From an uncultured Candidatus Saccharibacteria bacterium (GTDB taxonomy: Bacteria > Patescibacteriota > WWE3 > UBA101185 > UBA10185), in assembly GCA_964496905.1 (NCBI GenBank), contig CAZCAQ010000002.1:70147-118197 (forward strand): DNA of 48,051 nucleotides, given 5' to 3'. Below, piece by piece: positions 18,625-27,472 of the stretch (positions are counted from its first letter, which is position 1; each line of letters opens with the position of its first letter). The position numbers and the translations under genes were made by a program. The notes beneath the pieces were generated by a model that saw nothing but the letters and a program-made list of their open reading frames with translations, had not been told where the DNA came from and made no database searches.

Positions 18625-18925
18625 ATTCGCGCATCAACTCGTTAATAGCTGGCAAACATAAAGGTTCATCCTTTGCCTCATTTAATCCAGCAAGCAATTT
18701 GTAAACCTGCGCCCATTTGTAAGCATTTTTATCAGCTTCATCCATCGAATATACCGCATTAAATTCTTCTAAAAACTTTGCGGCAAGATCCTTTCTGTCA
18801 GCATTTACAAAAAGGCGATAATGTTGACTGATTGTTTCAACTTCATAGCCTGAGGATTGTATAAAAGCTTCTATTTTAAGAAGGTCGGAGTTTACTTTAA
18901 CTAAAAAATCTAGTGGGTCTGACAT
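18614..18925 (-). CDS. Hypothetical protein
   Basis: I prefer the ATG at 18925 (MSDPLDF...), 1 nt after the upstream stop (TGAAATG), rather than the ORF-track start at 18964, which overlaps the upstream gene. Confidence 0.5.
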   Translation of the reverse strand: MSDPLDFLVKVNSDLLKIEAFIQSSGYEVETISQHYRLFVNADRKDLAAKFLEEFNAVYSMDEADKNAYKWAQVYKLLAGLNEAKDEPLCLPAINELMREFSA

Positions 18926-18926
18926 T

Positions 18927-19433
18927 TCAATTATTACCCGCTTTTTCTTGTCTAACAGTCTCAAGCACGGGTGTATTTAAAAATTTTACTTCCAAGCCAC
19001 TGGGCAATATTAATTTAATTCTCGAAAAATGGGTTTGGTTCATATACTTGGTTGACCAGTTTAGAGAAGGATATTGCGAAAGTAATGCTGCATAATCGTT
19101 CACCAAAAACTCTACATGCTCCCAGCCAGTTTTTACAGGTTCATTTTCTGCAGGTTCTAGAACTTCTATTACATTAAAAGTGTATGATTTGTAGTTTATA
19201 GGTGTATTGATTTTTATTATTCCAATTCTTCTATTTTTAATAATAGCTTCTTTAAGAAGCTCTCCATTTTGTAACAAATCATCTCGGACTTGAACATACA
19301 CTTCAGAAGAATTAACTGCATATCCCACATGATCTATTTGTAGATCTTTTAAATTTATTCCTACTGAATTTATTTCAGCTAAAATTTTATCTAAAAAAAC
19401 TCCAAGTGACGGGTTATCTATTGGATTCAACAT
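18927..19433 (-). CDS. VOC-superfamily (YecM-like) metal-binding protein
   Basis: 168 aa with QIDHVGYAV...GWEHVEF pairs typical of the glyoxalase/VOC fold. TGaTATAAT at 19448-19440 lies 6 nt upstream of the ATG. Confidence 0.5.
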   Translation of the reverse strand: MLNPIDNPSLGVFLDKILAEINSVGINLKDLQIDHVGYAVNSSEVYVQVRDDLLQNGELLKEAIIKNRRIGIIKINTPINYKSYTFNVIEVLEPAENEPVKTGWEHVEFLVNDYAALLSQYPSLNWSTKYMNQTHFSRIKLILPSGLEVKFLNTPVLETVRQEKAGNN

Positions 19434-19439
19434 GGGGGT

Positions 19440-19461
19440 ATTATATCATTTCATGTATAAT
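19440..19461. promoter_or_regulatory. Back-to-back -10 boxes of a divergent leaderless gene pair
   Basis: Minus-strand TATAAT at 19445-19440 serves ATG 19433. Plus-strand TATAAT at 19456-19461 serves ATG 19468. Each has a 6-nt spacer. Confidence 0.5.
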
Positions 19462-19467
19462 CACTAC

Positions 19468-20019
19468 ATGGAAATACTAAAAGCTAAAGTTGAAAAACTC
19501 CTTATTACACAACCATTTGATGCACTTCCGGTTAAAACAGAAAAACTAAGCCTGTATCTTGATGGCATTAAATACGACCGTCATTACGGCAGAAACAATC
19601 TATCGGATGTACGGTTTAAAAAGCTTCTTGAAAAGGGACACGAAGTAGCAAACATAAGACAAGTAACAATTGTTTCAACAGAGGAACTAGCCGAAGTTTC
19701 CAGCGAACTAGGCTTTACAGTCCAACCAGAAGACTTGGAAGCTAACATCACGCTAAGTGGAATTGAAAACCTTACTAATCTCCCCGCCGGCACATTTATA
19801 AAATTCCCACGAAAAGCTATTTTATATGTTACGGCCGAAAATCTTCCGTGCGTTATTCCCGCTCAACACATGATTGCGCGCGGAGAAGAAAAACAAAAGG
19901 CCGTTATGTTTTCAAAAGCCGCTATGGGCAAACGTGGTGTTACTGCGTTTGTATATTGCGCGGGATTTATAAAAACTGGTGATGAGGCAGAGATCTATAA
20001 GCCTCAAAGTTTTGAATAA
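19468..20019 (+). CDS. MOSC domain-containing protein (YiiM-like)
   Basis: RQVTIVSTEELAEVS...LEANITLSGIENLTNLPAGTFIKF...LYVTAENLPC. I prefer the start at 19468 (MEILKAK); the ORF-track ATG at 19432 overlaps the divergent gene's ATG. Confidence 0.65.
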   Translation: MEILKAKVEKLLITQPFDALPVKTEKLSLYLDGIKYDRHYGRNNLSDVRFKKLLEKGHEVANIRQVTIVSTEELAEVSSELGFTVQPEDLEANITLSGIENLTNLPAGTFIKFPRKAILYVTAENLPCVIPAQHMIARGEEKQKAVMFSKAAMGKRGVTAFVYCAGFIKTGDEAEIYKPQSFE

Positions 20020-20393
20020 TGCCTAAGAAGATCCTTTCCATCCTCATAGCCATATTATTTGCAGCCGCGTCAGTAACGGCATTTGTTAATTTAAAAAGAA
20101 CATCACCCATCAATGACACAGTCACAAATAATAAGCAGTTTAATTCAGTTATCGTCGTGCTAAATATACCTGGGTTAAGCACAGATTACTCGGATTCTAA
20201 TAAAAAGCTTATTAGTGATGCTCAAAATAAGTTGATAAACAGTATGGAAGGCAATTTTGAAGTATATTACCAGTATACACTTAACCCTATTATCGCCATG
20301 CATGTAGATAAAGACGCGCTCAGCTTTTTAAAGAGAAGTGAACTTGTGAATGAAGTTCGTTTAGATGAGGCGGTACCTAACTTGAAGTTTTGA
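20019..20393 (+). CDS. Small secreted protein, possibly subtilase-propeptide (inhibitor I9)-like
   Basis: 124 aa with a signal/TM segment. The C-terminal ALSFLKRSELVNEVRLDEAV resembles I9 propeptides. It overlaps the upstream stop (TAATG). Confidence 0.35.
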   Translation: MPKKILSILIAILFAAASVTAFVNLKRTSPINDTVTNNKQFNSVIVVLNIPGLSTDYSDSNKKLISDAQNKLINSMEGNFEVYYQYTLNPIIAMHVDKDALSFLKRSELVNEVRLDEAVPNLKF

Positions 20394-20396
20394 TAA

Positions 20397-21035
20397 CTAG
20401 CATAGCCGTAAAACTTCTCTAACTAAAGTTTCACCGAGAAGCCTATTATTTTCTTCATCAAGGTGAACACCATCAAGCTTGGAAGGAACAACAACTTTAG
20501 AGGAATCAAAGAAATGCCAATTTAAGCTTTTAGCTATATTCTCATAAACCTGAGGTAATTGTTTGGATTTAATTTGGGCACCAGTAAAAATCTCACCAAA
20601 TGCTTTTTTGGATTCTTCTTCGTAAACTATAGGAGGAGCAATTAATAAAACTTTTGGAACTTCAAAGCCCAAATGTTCACACCACCAAATAATCTTAGAA
20701 TTGTACTCGTTAAATGATTCTCCTATTTGCTCTACCGTATGCGCGGATCCGCTGTTTATATCATTAGTTCCTAAAAATAGTATGAGCAAGTGCAAGGGTA
20801 AATGGCTACCAAAAATAGGACCAAATTGTTCTAAACCATTTCGAAATGGAAAAAAAGCGTTTTCATTGCTAACTGTTCGTCCGCGTAAGCCCTCTTCAAT
20901 AATCTCATAATCATCACCTAATACATCCTGTAAAACTCCTGTAAACCGCAATTCACGTGAGTGTCTTAGCCCCCCAGGAATCTTGCCAAAGGTTAAAGAA
21001 TCTCCGTAAACTAAAATGTCTTTCGTTTTAGGCAT
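20397..21035 (-). CDS. SGNH/GDSL-family hydrolase
   Basis: VYGDSLTFG (block I), GTNDIN (block III) and DGVHLD (block V). Confidence 0.8.
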   Translation of the reverse strand: MPKTKDILVYGDSLTFGKIPGGLRHSRELRFTGVLQDVLGDDYEIIEEGLRGRTVSNENAFFPFRNGLEQFGPIFGSHLPLHLLILFLGTNDINSGSAHTVEQIGESFNEYNSKIIWWCEHLGFEVPKVLLIAPPIVYEEESKKAFGEIFTGAQIKSKQLPQVYENIAKSLNWHFFDSSKVVVPSKLDGVHLDEENNRLLGETLVREVLRLC

Positions 21036-22028
21036 TATGTTAAATTTAGTTTTTCTAAAACAAATGCTAATGCGTCTTCAATAGACTTTTGATTATAAAC
21101 ATTACCACCGGCTGCCATAACATTACCACCTCCACCAAAGATTTGCGCAATTTTAGCAACATCGACACCGGGTGTTGCAGTTCTAAAACTTAAATTATAT
21201 GTATTTGGTTCGTTTTCTGCTTCGGAAACAGCAAACACAAAATCTAAACCAATAATGTACCTAATTAGATCCACATGCTTAACAAATACGTTTTCCATGT
21301 TAATGCCTGCATCGTCCAGTTCTTGAAAAGTTATAGTTACATAGCCGTATTTCTTGTCAAAATTGACCACAAGTTTGTCATATACAAATTTTTTATATTT
21401 GATCTGATCAAAATACTCGCTGCCTGCAAGTTTTGAATTAATTTCCCAAACACTTACACCCTTGTCTATAAAATCGGCGATCGTTCTATAATCCTGAGAT
21501 CTGGCTGTATCGAATTTCAAAAAACCAGTATCAGTTAAAATCCCAATTGTTAAAATGCTCATATCTTCAACTGATAAAGTATACCCAACTTGATTAAAAA
21601 GTTGACTCAAAACTGTACAGCACGAACCTAGTTGAAAAACATAATTCAAGTCTCCAAACATATCATTTGTTGCATGGTGATCAATGTTAATTGTTGTAAC
21701 ATTCTTAGGAAATTCAAAACTCATATTTAAACTTACGTGATCTTTTGAACCTGAATCCAAAAAGATTATCAAATCGTATGGATCCAAATCAGTAAGGCTT
21801 ATGTCTTTTTCTGTCTGAATTTTGTCAAACTCAAAGTAACCGTTAAAAGTGTTTTTTATTTTTTTTTGCGTGAATTATTTTGTAAGTCTTACCTATTGAG
21901 TCTAAGAAATTTCCAAAAACGATAGAGCTAGCCAAAGCATCAAAATCGGTGCGTGTATCCATATTCACAAGAATATTTTTGGAAGACCTTACTTTATCTA
22001 GTATTTGTTGTGGAGTAGCATTTTCCAT
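21035..22028 (-). pseudogene. DHH-family phosphoesterase (NrnA-like) split into two ORFs by a 1-nt frameshift at an A9 run
   Basis: The N-terminal ORF (MENATPQQILDK...NMDTRTDFDALASS...IIHAKKNKKHF*) stops at 21843. The downstream frame is open from 21874 (FTQKKIKNTFNGYFEFDKIQ...DPYDLIIFLDSG...IDHHATN...GGGGNVMAAGG). Removing one A from A9 (21867-21859) fuses them. Confidence 0.7.
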
Positions 22029-22100
22029 CCTGCCTATTATAGCAGAGTCCATAGCGCACTTTGTGTTTACAAACAGCACAAACTCTATCAAAATTAACAT

Positions 22101-23405
22101 GTGAAGCTCGTTTTCCACGCTGCCCTAGTCATTTTTGTAGTTTTCGCAATTTTTGCGATAAAAAGCCCTCCAAAAATAGGCTTTTATTTTAACGCTGGCC
22201 TAAAACTAGGACAGTTAAACCTTAGTAATCTGTCTCAAAATGAAGGTACCGCCTTAGCTACAGCCGCATACAACCAACCTGTTTACATAAATATTAACAA
22301 CAAATCGTTTAGAACAGATCTAAATGAGCTTGGGTATACGCTAAATCAGGATTACCTAAGCAAACTCACTAAAAAATGCCTAAAATTTGGAGTTTTAATA
22401 TGTGTGCCATCAAAAACTGCTAAGTTTGATCAAACACGTGTATTTGGCTTTAATCCTAAAAAAAGCCAAAAACTTACTCAAAAAATAAATAACCAACTTT
22501 TAGTTCAAAAAAACGAACCAAATGTAGATTTTATCACGGGCGAATTTTGGATTTTAACGGAAAAAGCTAGCATTCAGGCAAAAAGTGACTTTGCACACGA
22601 TTTAAATCTTCAACGCGATTTTGGCAAAAAACTTTTTATAAAGGTAAAACCTATTGAAAAAGATAATTTTGCCGACCAACAGCAACTTATGTACGAACAC
22701 GTTGCAAAAGTAAATAGCCCTCTTTTAATAAAATATGGCCGAAATCCACTTTACATAAGTACCGAAGAAATTAACACTTTTATTACAAAAAACCAAACTG
22801 AAGATATTACACACGCAAAAGTATCAATAAATAAAATCGCGCACTATTTGGATACGCTTGATGAAAAATATGCAACTGAAGATATACAAGTAGTGCGTCC
22901 AGAAGCAGAGGAGGCAATTGCACGCTCAATTTTATATCGAGCAGCAGACACAAAGGAAAACACTGCCGTTGTATTACCATTGCAAGGTCTACCTAAGTCA
23001 CGTGGTGAAAAAGCTACTAAATATCTGGAAGTAATAAAATCTCAACAAAGATTGTACCGATTTGAAGACGGCGAACTTGTTAAAACGTACATTGTCTCTA
23101 CAGGCATTGTTGCCGAAACCCCAACAGGCGAATTTAAGGTGCTAGGCAAACAAAAAAAGACTATTTCTTACTTTGGAAACTGGTGGATGGAAAATTACTT
23201 ACCTATTGGATATATGCCAAACGGCAATAGATTTGGGTTTCATGCAATTCCATATCATCAAGATTCTAGCGGAGCTGTTTGGTCGCGCGATCCAAATACA
23301 ATGGGAAGCCCAGCAACTAGCGGGTGTATTCAACTAACTCAAGTTGAATCTTTGGAATTGTATGAATGGGCAAAGGTTGGTATGCCTGTTTTTATTTACG
23401 AATAA
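22101..23405 (+). CDS. L,D-transpeptidase (YkuD domain) with long N-terminal region
   Basis: The C-terminus reads FHAIPYH...GSPATSGCIQL (catalytic His/Cys of YkuD). It has an N-terminal TM helix and a GTG start. Confidence 0.75.
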   Translation: MKLVFHAALVIFVVFAIFAIKSPPKIGFYFNAGLKLGQLNLSNLSQNEGTALATAAYNQPVYININNKSFRTDLNELGYTLNQDYLSKLTKKCLKFGVLICVPSKTAKFDQTRVFGFNPKKSQKLTQKINNQLLVQKNEPNVDFITGEFWILTEKASIQAKSDFAHDLNLQRDFGKKLFIKVKPIEKDNFADQQQLMYEHVAKVNSPLLIKYGRNPLYISTEEINTFITKNQTEDITHAKVSINKIAHYLDTLDEKYATEDIQVVRPEAEEAIARSILYRAADTKENTAVVLPLQGLPKSRGEKATKYLEVIKSQQRLYRFEDGELVKTYIVSTGIVAETPTGEFKVLGKQKKTISYFGNWWMENYLPIGYMPNGNRFGFHAIPYHQDSSGAVWSRDPNTMGSPATSGCIQLTQVESLELYEWAKVGMPVFIYE

Positions 23406-24936
23406 GCTGGCGCTTTGTAAAACCACTTTTTAAAGTTGCGTCTGAGTATTCTAAAACAAAAACAGTCTCTGAGCATTTGTGAACGCTTATTGGAGGACCT
23501 AACCACTTTTCTATCTTTGTTTTAGTAATATAGAAATTTGTCACAAAATAGTCAAAACGCATTTGGTCTATACTTACTTTAGGCCCAAATATGTTGTACA
23601 AATAATATTTTCCATCTTTATGTTGATAGACAGGAACTATATTTAGCGTATCATTCTCAAAAACTTTTATATTATAAGCTATCCAAAACTCACCAAGACC
23701 GTGTTGAAGTTTTTTATTGTGCACATGTGTAGAAACGCACTTTGCCAGCTGAGTGTCACTTATACCAATCTTAGTAAAGATAGAAGAATAGTGTGTGATT
23801 CTAAGTAAACCTCCACATACTACCATAAACACCAAAACGACCTCCAACTTATAGCTATGTACAAGAGTACTTAAATAATAAAAGGGTAAGTAAAACATAA
23901 TAATAAGAAGAGGATAAAAAAGTCTATAATCTAGGATAATTTTGTAACTATGAGAAATGTACACATAAACGCAAGAGAAAAGTAAAAAAAGTAAATACCA
24001 TGCAAAAAAGGTAACTTGTCCCTTTTGTGGGGTTTTTTTGTACAACTTAGCAAAGGACAAAAAACCAAGAATTAATACGCAAGATATGATGAATAGTGGG
24101 TTTAGCACTTTAACGTATTCTTTTATCCAACCTAATGACACATATAAATCAAAAAAAGTAGAAGGAAGTCTAAAAATGGTGTTTTTAGCTTCGATACCTG
24201 TAAACGGGAGGTTTAAGTACATTACAAAAGCTAAAAACACAGCTCCCCACATGCATATGAGTATTTTAGTATGAGCGCGAAGTGCCTTATGTCTAAGTAA
24301 AACAGCAGAAACTGGTATAACAAAGAAAAATACAAACAACGGATCAGAAAGTGAAAAGATGAAGATAAGTAGCGTAAACAAGAATAGACCCAAAGGCCGC
24401 GTAGTATTTTTTAGCTTTAAAAAAAGTACGTACGATACACAGACGTTAAAGACTGTTCCAACGTGAAAATGCGGGGCCATAGACATGTAATAAAAAAGCA
24501 GGAGAGGTTTTGTTGATAGCAGTAAATTTGCCGCAGCCAAAGCTACAAAATAGAGAGAAAATCTTTTAGGCTTTACTAAAAACACCTTTTGTAATAGTAG
24601 TAGTACACCAAGCTGTACTGCGACGAAAGTTAACAAACTTGTTACATAGTTTACTAAACCCAGATTTTCGCCAAATATAGCTTTTATTATTAAGAGTAAT
24701 GAAAACTCAGGAAAGAGTAAAAATGAATGTTGTAACTTCCAGTCGTAAAAAGCTACATTGTTTTTAAACATGTCATTAAAAAAAAGTGTAGGACCAACAG
24801 TGTCAGAATTTAAAAACAGTGCGTCAAAAAACTTTTGGGTATAACTATTATAACCTAAGGCAAAAAGTGAGAGGATGTAAACAATTAAGGAGACAGCAAG
24901 TAATACAGCAGATTTTTTGTCGTGAATTCTTTTCAT
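23392..24936 (-). CDS. Polytopic membrane protein (possible GT-C-type glycosyltransferase; family not recognised)
   Basis: 514 aa with at least 10 hydrophobic segments followed by a soluble C-terminal domain. Confidence 0.45.
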   Translation of the reverse strand: MKRIHDKKSAVLLAVSLIVYILSLFALGYNSYTQKFFDALFLNSDTVGPTLFFNDMFKNNVAFYDWKLQHSFLLFPEFSLLLIIKAIFGENLGLVNYVTSLLTFVAVQLGVLLLLQKVFLVKPKRFSLYFVALAAANLLLSTKPLLLFYYMSMAPHFHVGTVFNVCVSYVLFLKLKNTTRPLGLFLFTLLIFIFSLSDPLFVFFFVIPVSAVLLRHKALRAHTKILICMWGAVFLAFVMYLNLPFTGIEAKNTIFRLPSTFFDLYVSLGWIKEYVKVLNPLFIISCVLILGFLSFAKLYKKTPQKGQVTFFAWYLLFLLFSCVYVYISHSYKIILDYRLFYPLLIIMFYLPFYYLSTLVHSYKLEVVLVFMVVCGGLLRITHYSSIFTKIGISDTQLAKCVSTHVHNKKLQHGLGEFWIAYNIKVFENDTLNIVPVYQHKDGKYYLYNIFGPKVSIDQMRFDYFVTNFYITKTKIEKWLGPPISVHKCSETVFVLEYSDATLKSGFTKRQLIRK

Positions 24937-25310
24937 TTACCCTTACTAAAAAACTGGATGACATTTCCGTCAGGATCTAGCGCAGTTGCGGCATAATAAT
25001 CTTTAGTTGGCGATAAACTAGGTTTTCTTATAAATTCCACGCCTTTTTTGCTTATGTGCTCGTACAGTTCTGTAACTGAATCAACGTTAAAACCAGGCAT
25101 AATTCTGTATGGATCGTGTGACTTACCTTTAACTTGATCGTGTTCGCCAATCCAAAAAAACACTTCACCAAGCATAAAACCAATTCCCGTATCGTCAGAA
25201 AGATCAAGCTGTGTGTCAATTTCGAGGTCAAATGTTTCTTTATACCAATTAGCTAATTTTTTGTAATTTTGAGACCATATGCAAACTGATTCAAATGATT
25301 TTAATAGCAT
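24933..25310 (-). CDS. VOC/glyoxalase-family protein
   Basis: 125 aa of small beta-alpha-beta-beta-beta module text ending DPDGNVIQF. An SD (AAAGGAGAAC) precedes the ATG. Confidence 0.6.
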   Translation of the reverse strand: MLLKSFESVCIWSQNYKKLANWYKETFDLEIDTQLDLSDDTGIGFMLGEVFFWIGEHDQVKGKSHDPYRIMPGFNVDSVTELYEHISKKGVEFIRKPSLSPTKDYYAATALDPDGNVIQFFSKGK

Positions 25311-25438
25311 GTTCTCCTTTAAATTTAGTTCAAAAATAAGTGCACTACGCTTTGATATTATAGCAAATCAGCTTTTGATAATATTTAGCTTAATAGCATT
25401 TTAGTTGAATCTGCCTTTTAAAGTGATATCCTCAGGAT

Positions 25439-25891
25439 ATGGACCATATTGCAATACTTAGGAAATCAAAGGTAACTAAAGGAGATGATTTGCTTGGTGC
25501 AATTATAGCTGGGCAAAAAACTATCGAATCTAGATGGTATGTAAATAAAATAGCTCCTTGGAATAAAGTTCACGCAGGAGACACTATTTACTTTAAGGAA
25601 TCTGGTTGTCCTGTTACTGCCAAGGCGAATGTTTCTGAGGTTCTTCAGTTTGAAAATTTGTCGGAGAAAATAGTTGCAGAAATAATTAGCAAATATGGAA
25701 AGCAAATAGCTCCTCAAAGTTCAAAAAAAGACTTTAGTGAGTGGGGGAAAACACAAAGTACCAAACGATATTGCATTTTAGTTTTTTTATCGAATGTTGC
25801 AAAGGTTGAACCATTTACTATAAATAAACAAGGTTTTGGTATAGCGTGTGCGTGGATGATTGTGAAGGATGTTAGTAGTGTAAGGCTATAG
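25439..25891 (+). CDS. ASCH domain-containing protein
   Basis: AIIAGQKTIESRWY...GDTIYFKESG is the ASCH/PUA-like pattern. Confidence 0.55.
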   Translation: MDHIAILRKSKVTKGDDLLGAIIAGQKTIESRWYVNKIAPWNKVHAGDTIYFKESGCPVTAKANVSEVLQFENLSEKIVAEIISKYGKQIAPQSSKKDFSEWGKTQSTKRYCILVFLSNVAKVEPFTINKQGFGIACAWMIVKDVSSVRL

Positions 25892-25928
25892 TGAGGAAAC
25901 AGTGGCATACTAACGAACTGCAGAAGAT

Positions 25929-25967
25929 AAAAAGGTGTGCCACCTACAAACAAGGTAAATGGCACAC
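25929..25967 (-). terminator. Intrinsic terminator after the 88-aa GC-rich gene
   Basis: On the minus strand, GTGTGCCA-17 nt-TGGCACAC is followed by CTTTTT. Confidence 0.5.
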
Positions 25968-25981
25968 ATACGAAACCGCGA

Positions 25982-26248
25982 TCAATGGTACTGCACTCTT
26001 GGGGGAAGTTTGCCCAAGCTATGCTTTTCCAATTTGAGCCCAGGCTGGCTTTCAGCACTGAGTACTGCAAGTACCTCCGGAGTTTCAGGTAGTAAACCTG
26101 GGTCAAGGACAATCTCGATAACTTTCACTATCACGTGCTCAACGTCATTATTTCTTGTTAAACGCTCTACCTCGTGAACGCTACCCACATGCCAGTTTAA
26201 GGCTGCGGCAATTGCGTTAGCTTCCTCTTGCCTGGGGTGATCTGCCAT
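25982..26248 (-). CDS. Hypothetical 88-aa protein in a ~50% GC island
   Basis: The ORF has a canonical SD (AGGAGATAAA-ATG), its own promoter and its own terminator. No family recognised. Confidence 0.5.
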   Translation of the reverse strand: MADHPRQEEANAIAAALNWHVGSVHEVERLTRNNDVEHVIVKVIEIVLDPGLLPETPEVLAVLSAESQPGLKLEKHSLGKLPPRVQYH

Positions 26249-26286
26249 TTTATCTCCTTTTCAAATATGCCGCGTTTGATAACCCG

Positions 26287-26314
26287 ATTATAGTGAAAAA
26301 CTATACAAAGTCTA
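26287..26314 (-). promoter_or_regulatory. Promoter TAGACT-16 nt-TATAAT for the 88-aa gene
   Basis: On the minus strand, TAGACT at 26314-26309 and TATAAT at 26292-26287. Confidence 0.5.
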
Positions 26315-26399
26315 GTTTTCGTTGGAGCAGATCTTTTCTTAGAAATTCGCTTAAATGTTGGTCTTCGATTGTCTTAACTACTATTCAAGAAACTCAATT

Positions 26400-26433
26400 A
26401 AAAAAGATCAGTTATGCATAACACAACTGATCT
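26400..26433 (-). terminator. Intrinsic terminator after the zinc-ribbon gene
   Basis: On the minus strand, AGATCAGTT-11 nt-AACTGATCT (9 bp) is followed by TTTTT. Confidence 0.65.
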
Positions 26434-26466
26434 TCTATGTGAGAAGATTCTAAGTCGAAGAAAGTG

Positions 26467-26703
26467 TTACTTTAAACCCAAAAGGCGCTTCCACCAAGGC
26501 GTTGTCTCTTTTGGTAGTTCCTTAATTATTGGAAGCTCCCTCATAAAAGCAAAGTAAGGTTGCTTGAGTTCATTTTCTTGCTCCGGTGTAAGAATCGCCA
26601 CACCTCCGCATTTCGGGTAAGGACAACCAGTGCCCAAAATACCCCCATCCCACAATCGTTTACATTTAGGACATTTAAGCACAGGACCAATCATCTCGTT
26701 CAC
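26467..26703 (-). CDS. Small zinc-ribbon protein
   Basis: CPKCKRLW...CPYPKCGG provides two CxxC-type knuckles. The start is ambiguous (GTG 26703 or ATG 26694). Confidence 0.5.
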   Translation of the reverse strand: MNEMIGPVLKCPKCKRLWDGGILGTGCPYPKCGGVAILTPEQENELKQPYFAFMRELPIIKELPKETTPWWKRLLGLK

Positions 26704-26786
26704 ATCCTTTTACCACAGATTTTGGTTGCAATATGCACCTAAATGGCTTAAGGTTCAAGTAAAGAGGCCTTCGGCAACATAGAACT

Positions 26787-27470
26787 ATGCACCAAATACA
26801 AGCAAATATACTCAAAAAGCTGCTCAAACATAAAAAACTTAGGTTCTCTGAGCTTAATACTGATGGACTTACAACAGATCACTTTAACTACCACATTCAA
26901 CAATTGGTGAGTAATGCATATGTGCTTAAACAAGACACCACGTATGAACTTACTCAAAAAGGCAAAATACATGCGAATAGATTAACTGTAGAAAATAAAG
27001 ATTTGGTTGGAAGCCACTTGATTGTACTTTTGATCGTGTGTGTCAGAGAAAACAAAAATGGCGAAGACGAATACCTGTTTTGTAAACGACTCAAAGATCC
27101 TTTTTATGGCTTTTACGATTTTGTATCTGGGAAAGTTCACGTTGGACAAGACTTAATGCCAACTGCGCACAAAATGCTCCAAGAAAAAACAGGCATAACG
27201 GCAAAGTTACGCATTGTAGGAATGCAACACAAAAGTGACTTTGATAACATGGATAAGCTGCTTGAAGATAAATTTATGTTTATACTACGCGGAGACGAAT
27301 GTACTGGGGAATTAATTGGCCAAAGTAGTTATTCTCAAAACGAGTGGCTCACTGAGAGTGACTTATTACAAAAGGCTCCAACTTTTAAAAATATTTCTCT
27401 TTTTATAAAAATGGCAAAAAACAAAGAATTTATGTTTGATGAGTCTAAATATTTAAATGAGGTTTTTTAA
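26787..27470 (+). CDS. Winged-helix (MarR/ArsR-like) domain fused to a degenerate Nudix-fold domain
   Basis: The N-terminus reads ILKKLLKHKKLRFSELN...HFNYHIQQLVSNAYVLK. The Nudix-box position reads GKVHVGQDLMPTAHKMLQEKTGI, so the catalytic Glu residues are largely lost. Confidence 0.5.
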   Translation: MHQIQANILKKLLKHKKLRFSELNTDGLTTDHFNYHIQQLVSNAYVLKQDTTYELTQKGKIHANRLTVENKDLVGSHLIVLLIVCVRENKNGEDEYLFCKRLKDPFYGFYDFVSGKVHVGQDLMPTAHKMLQEKTGITAKLRIVGMQHKSDFDNMDKLLEDKFMFILRGDECTGELIGQSSYSQNEWLTESDLLQKAPTFKNISLFIKMAKNKEFMFDESKYLNEVF

Positions 27471-27472
27471 AC

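Noticed and set aside
25714-26112. 132-aa minus-strand ORF spanning the ASCH gene end and the GC-rich island
   Set aside because: It overlaps the ASCH gene antisense, and it overlaps the better-supported 88-aa gene (SD, promoter, terminator) in another frame.
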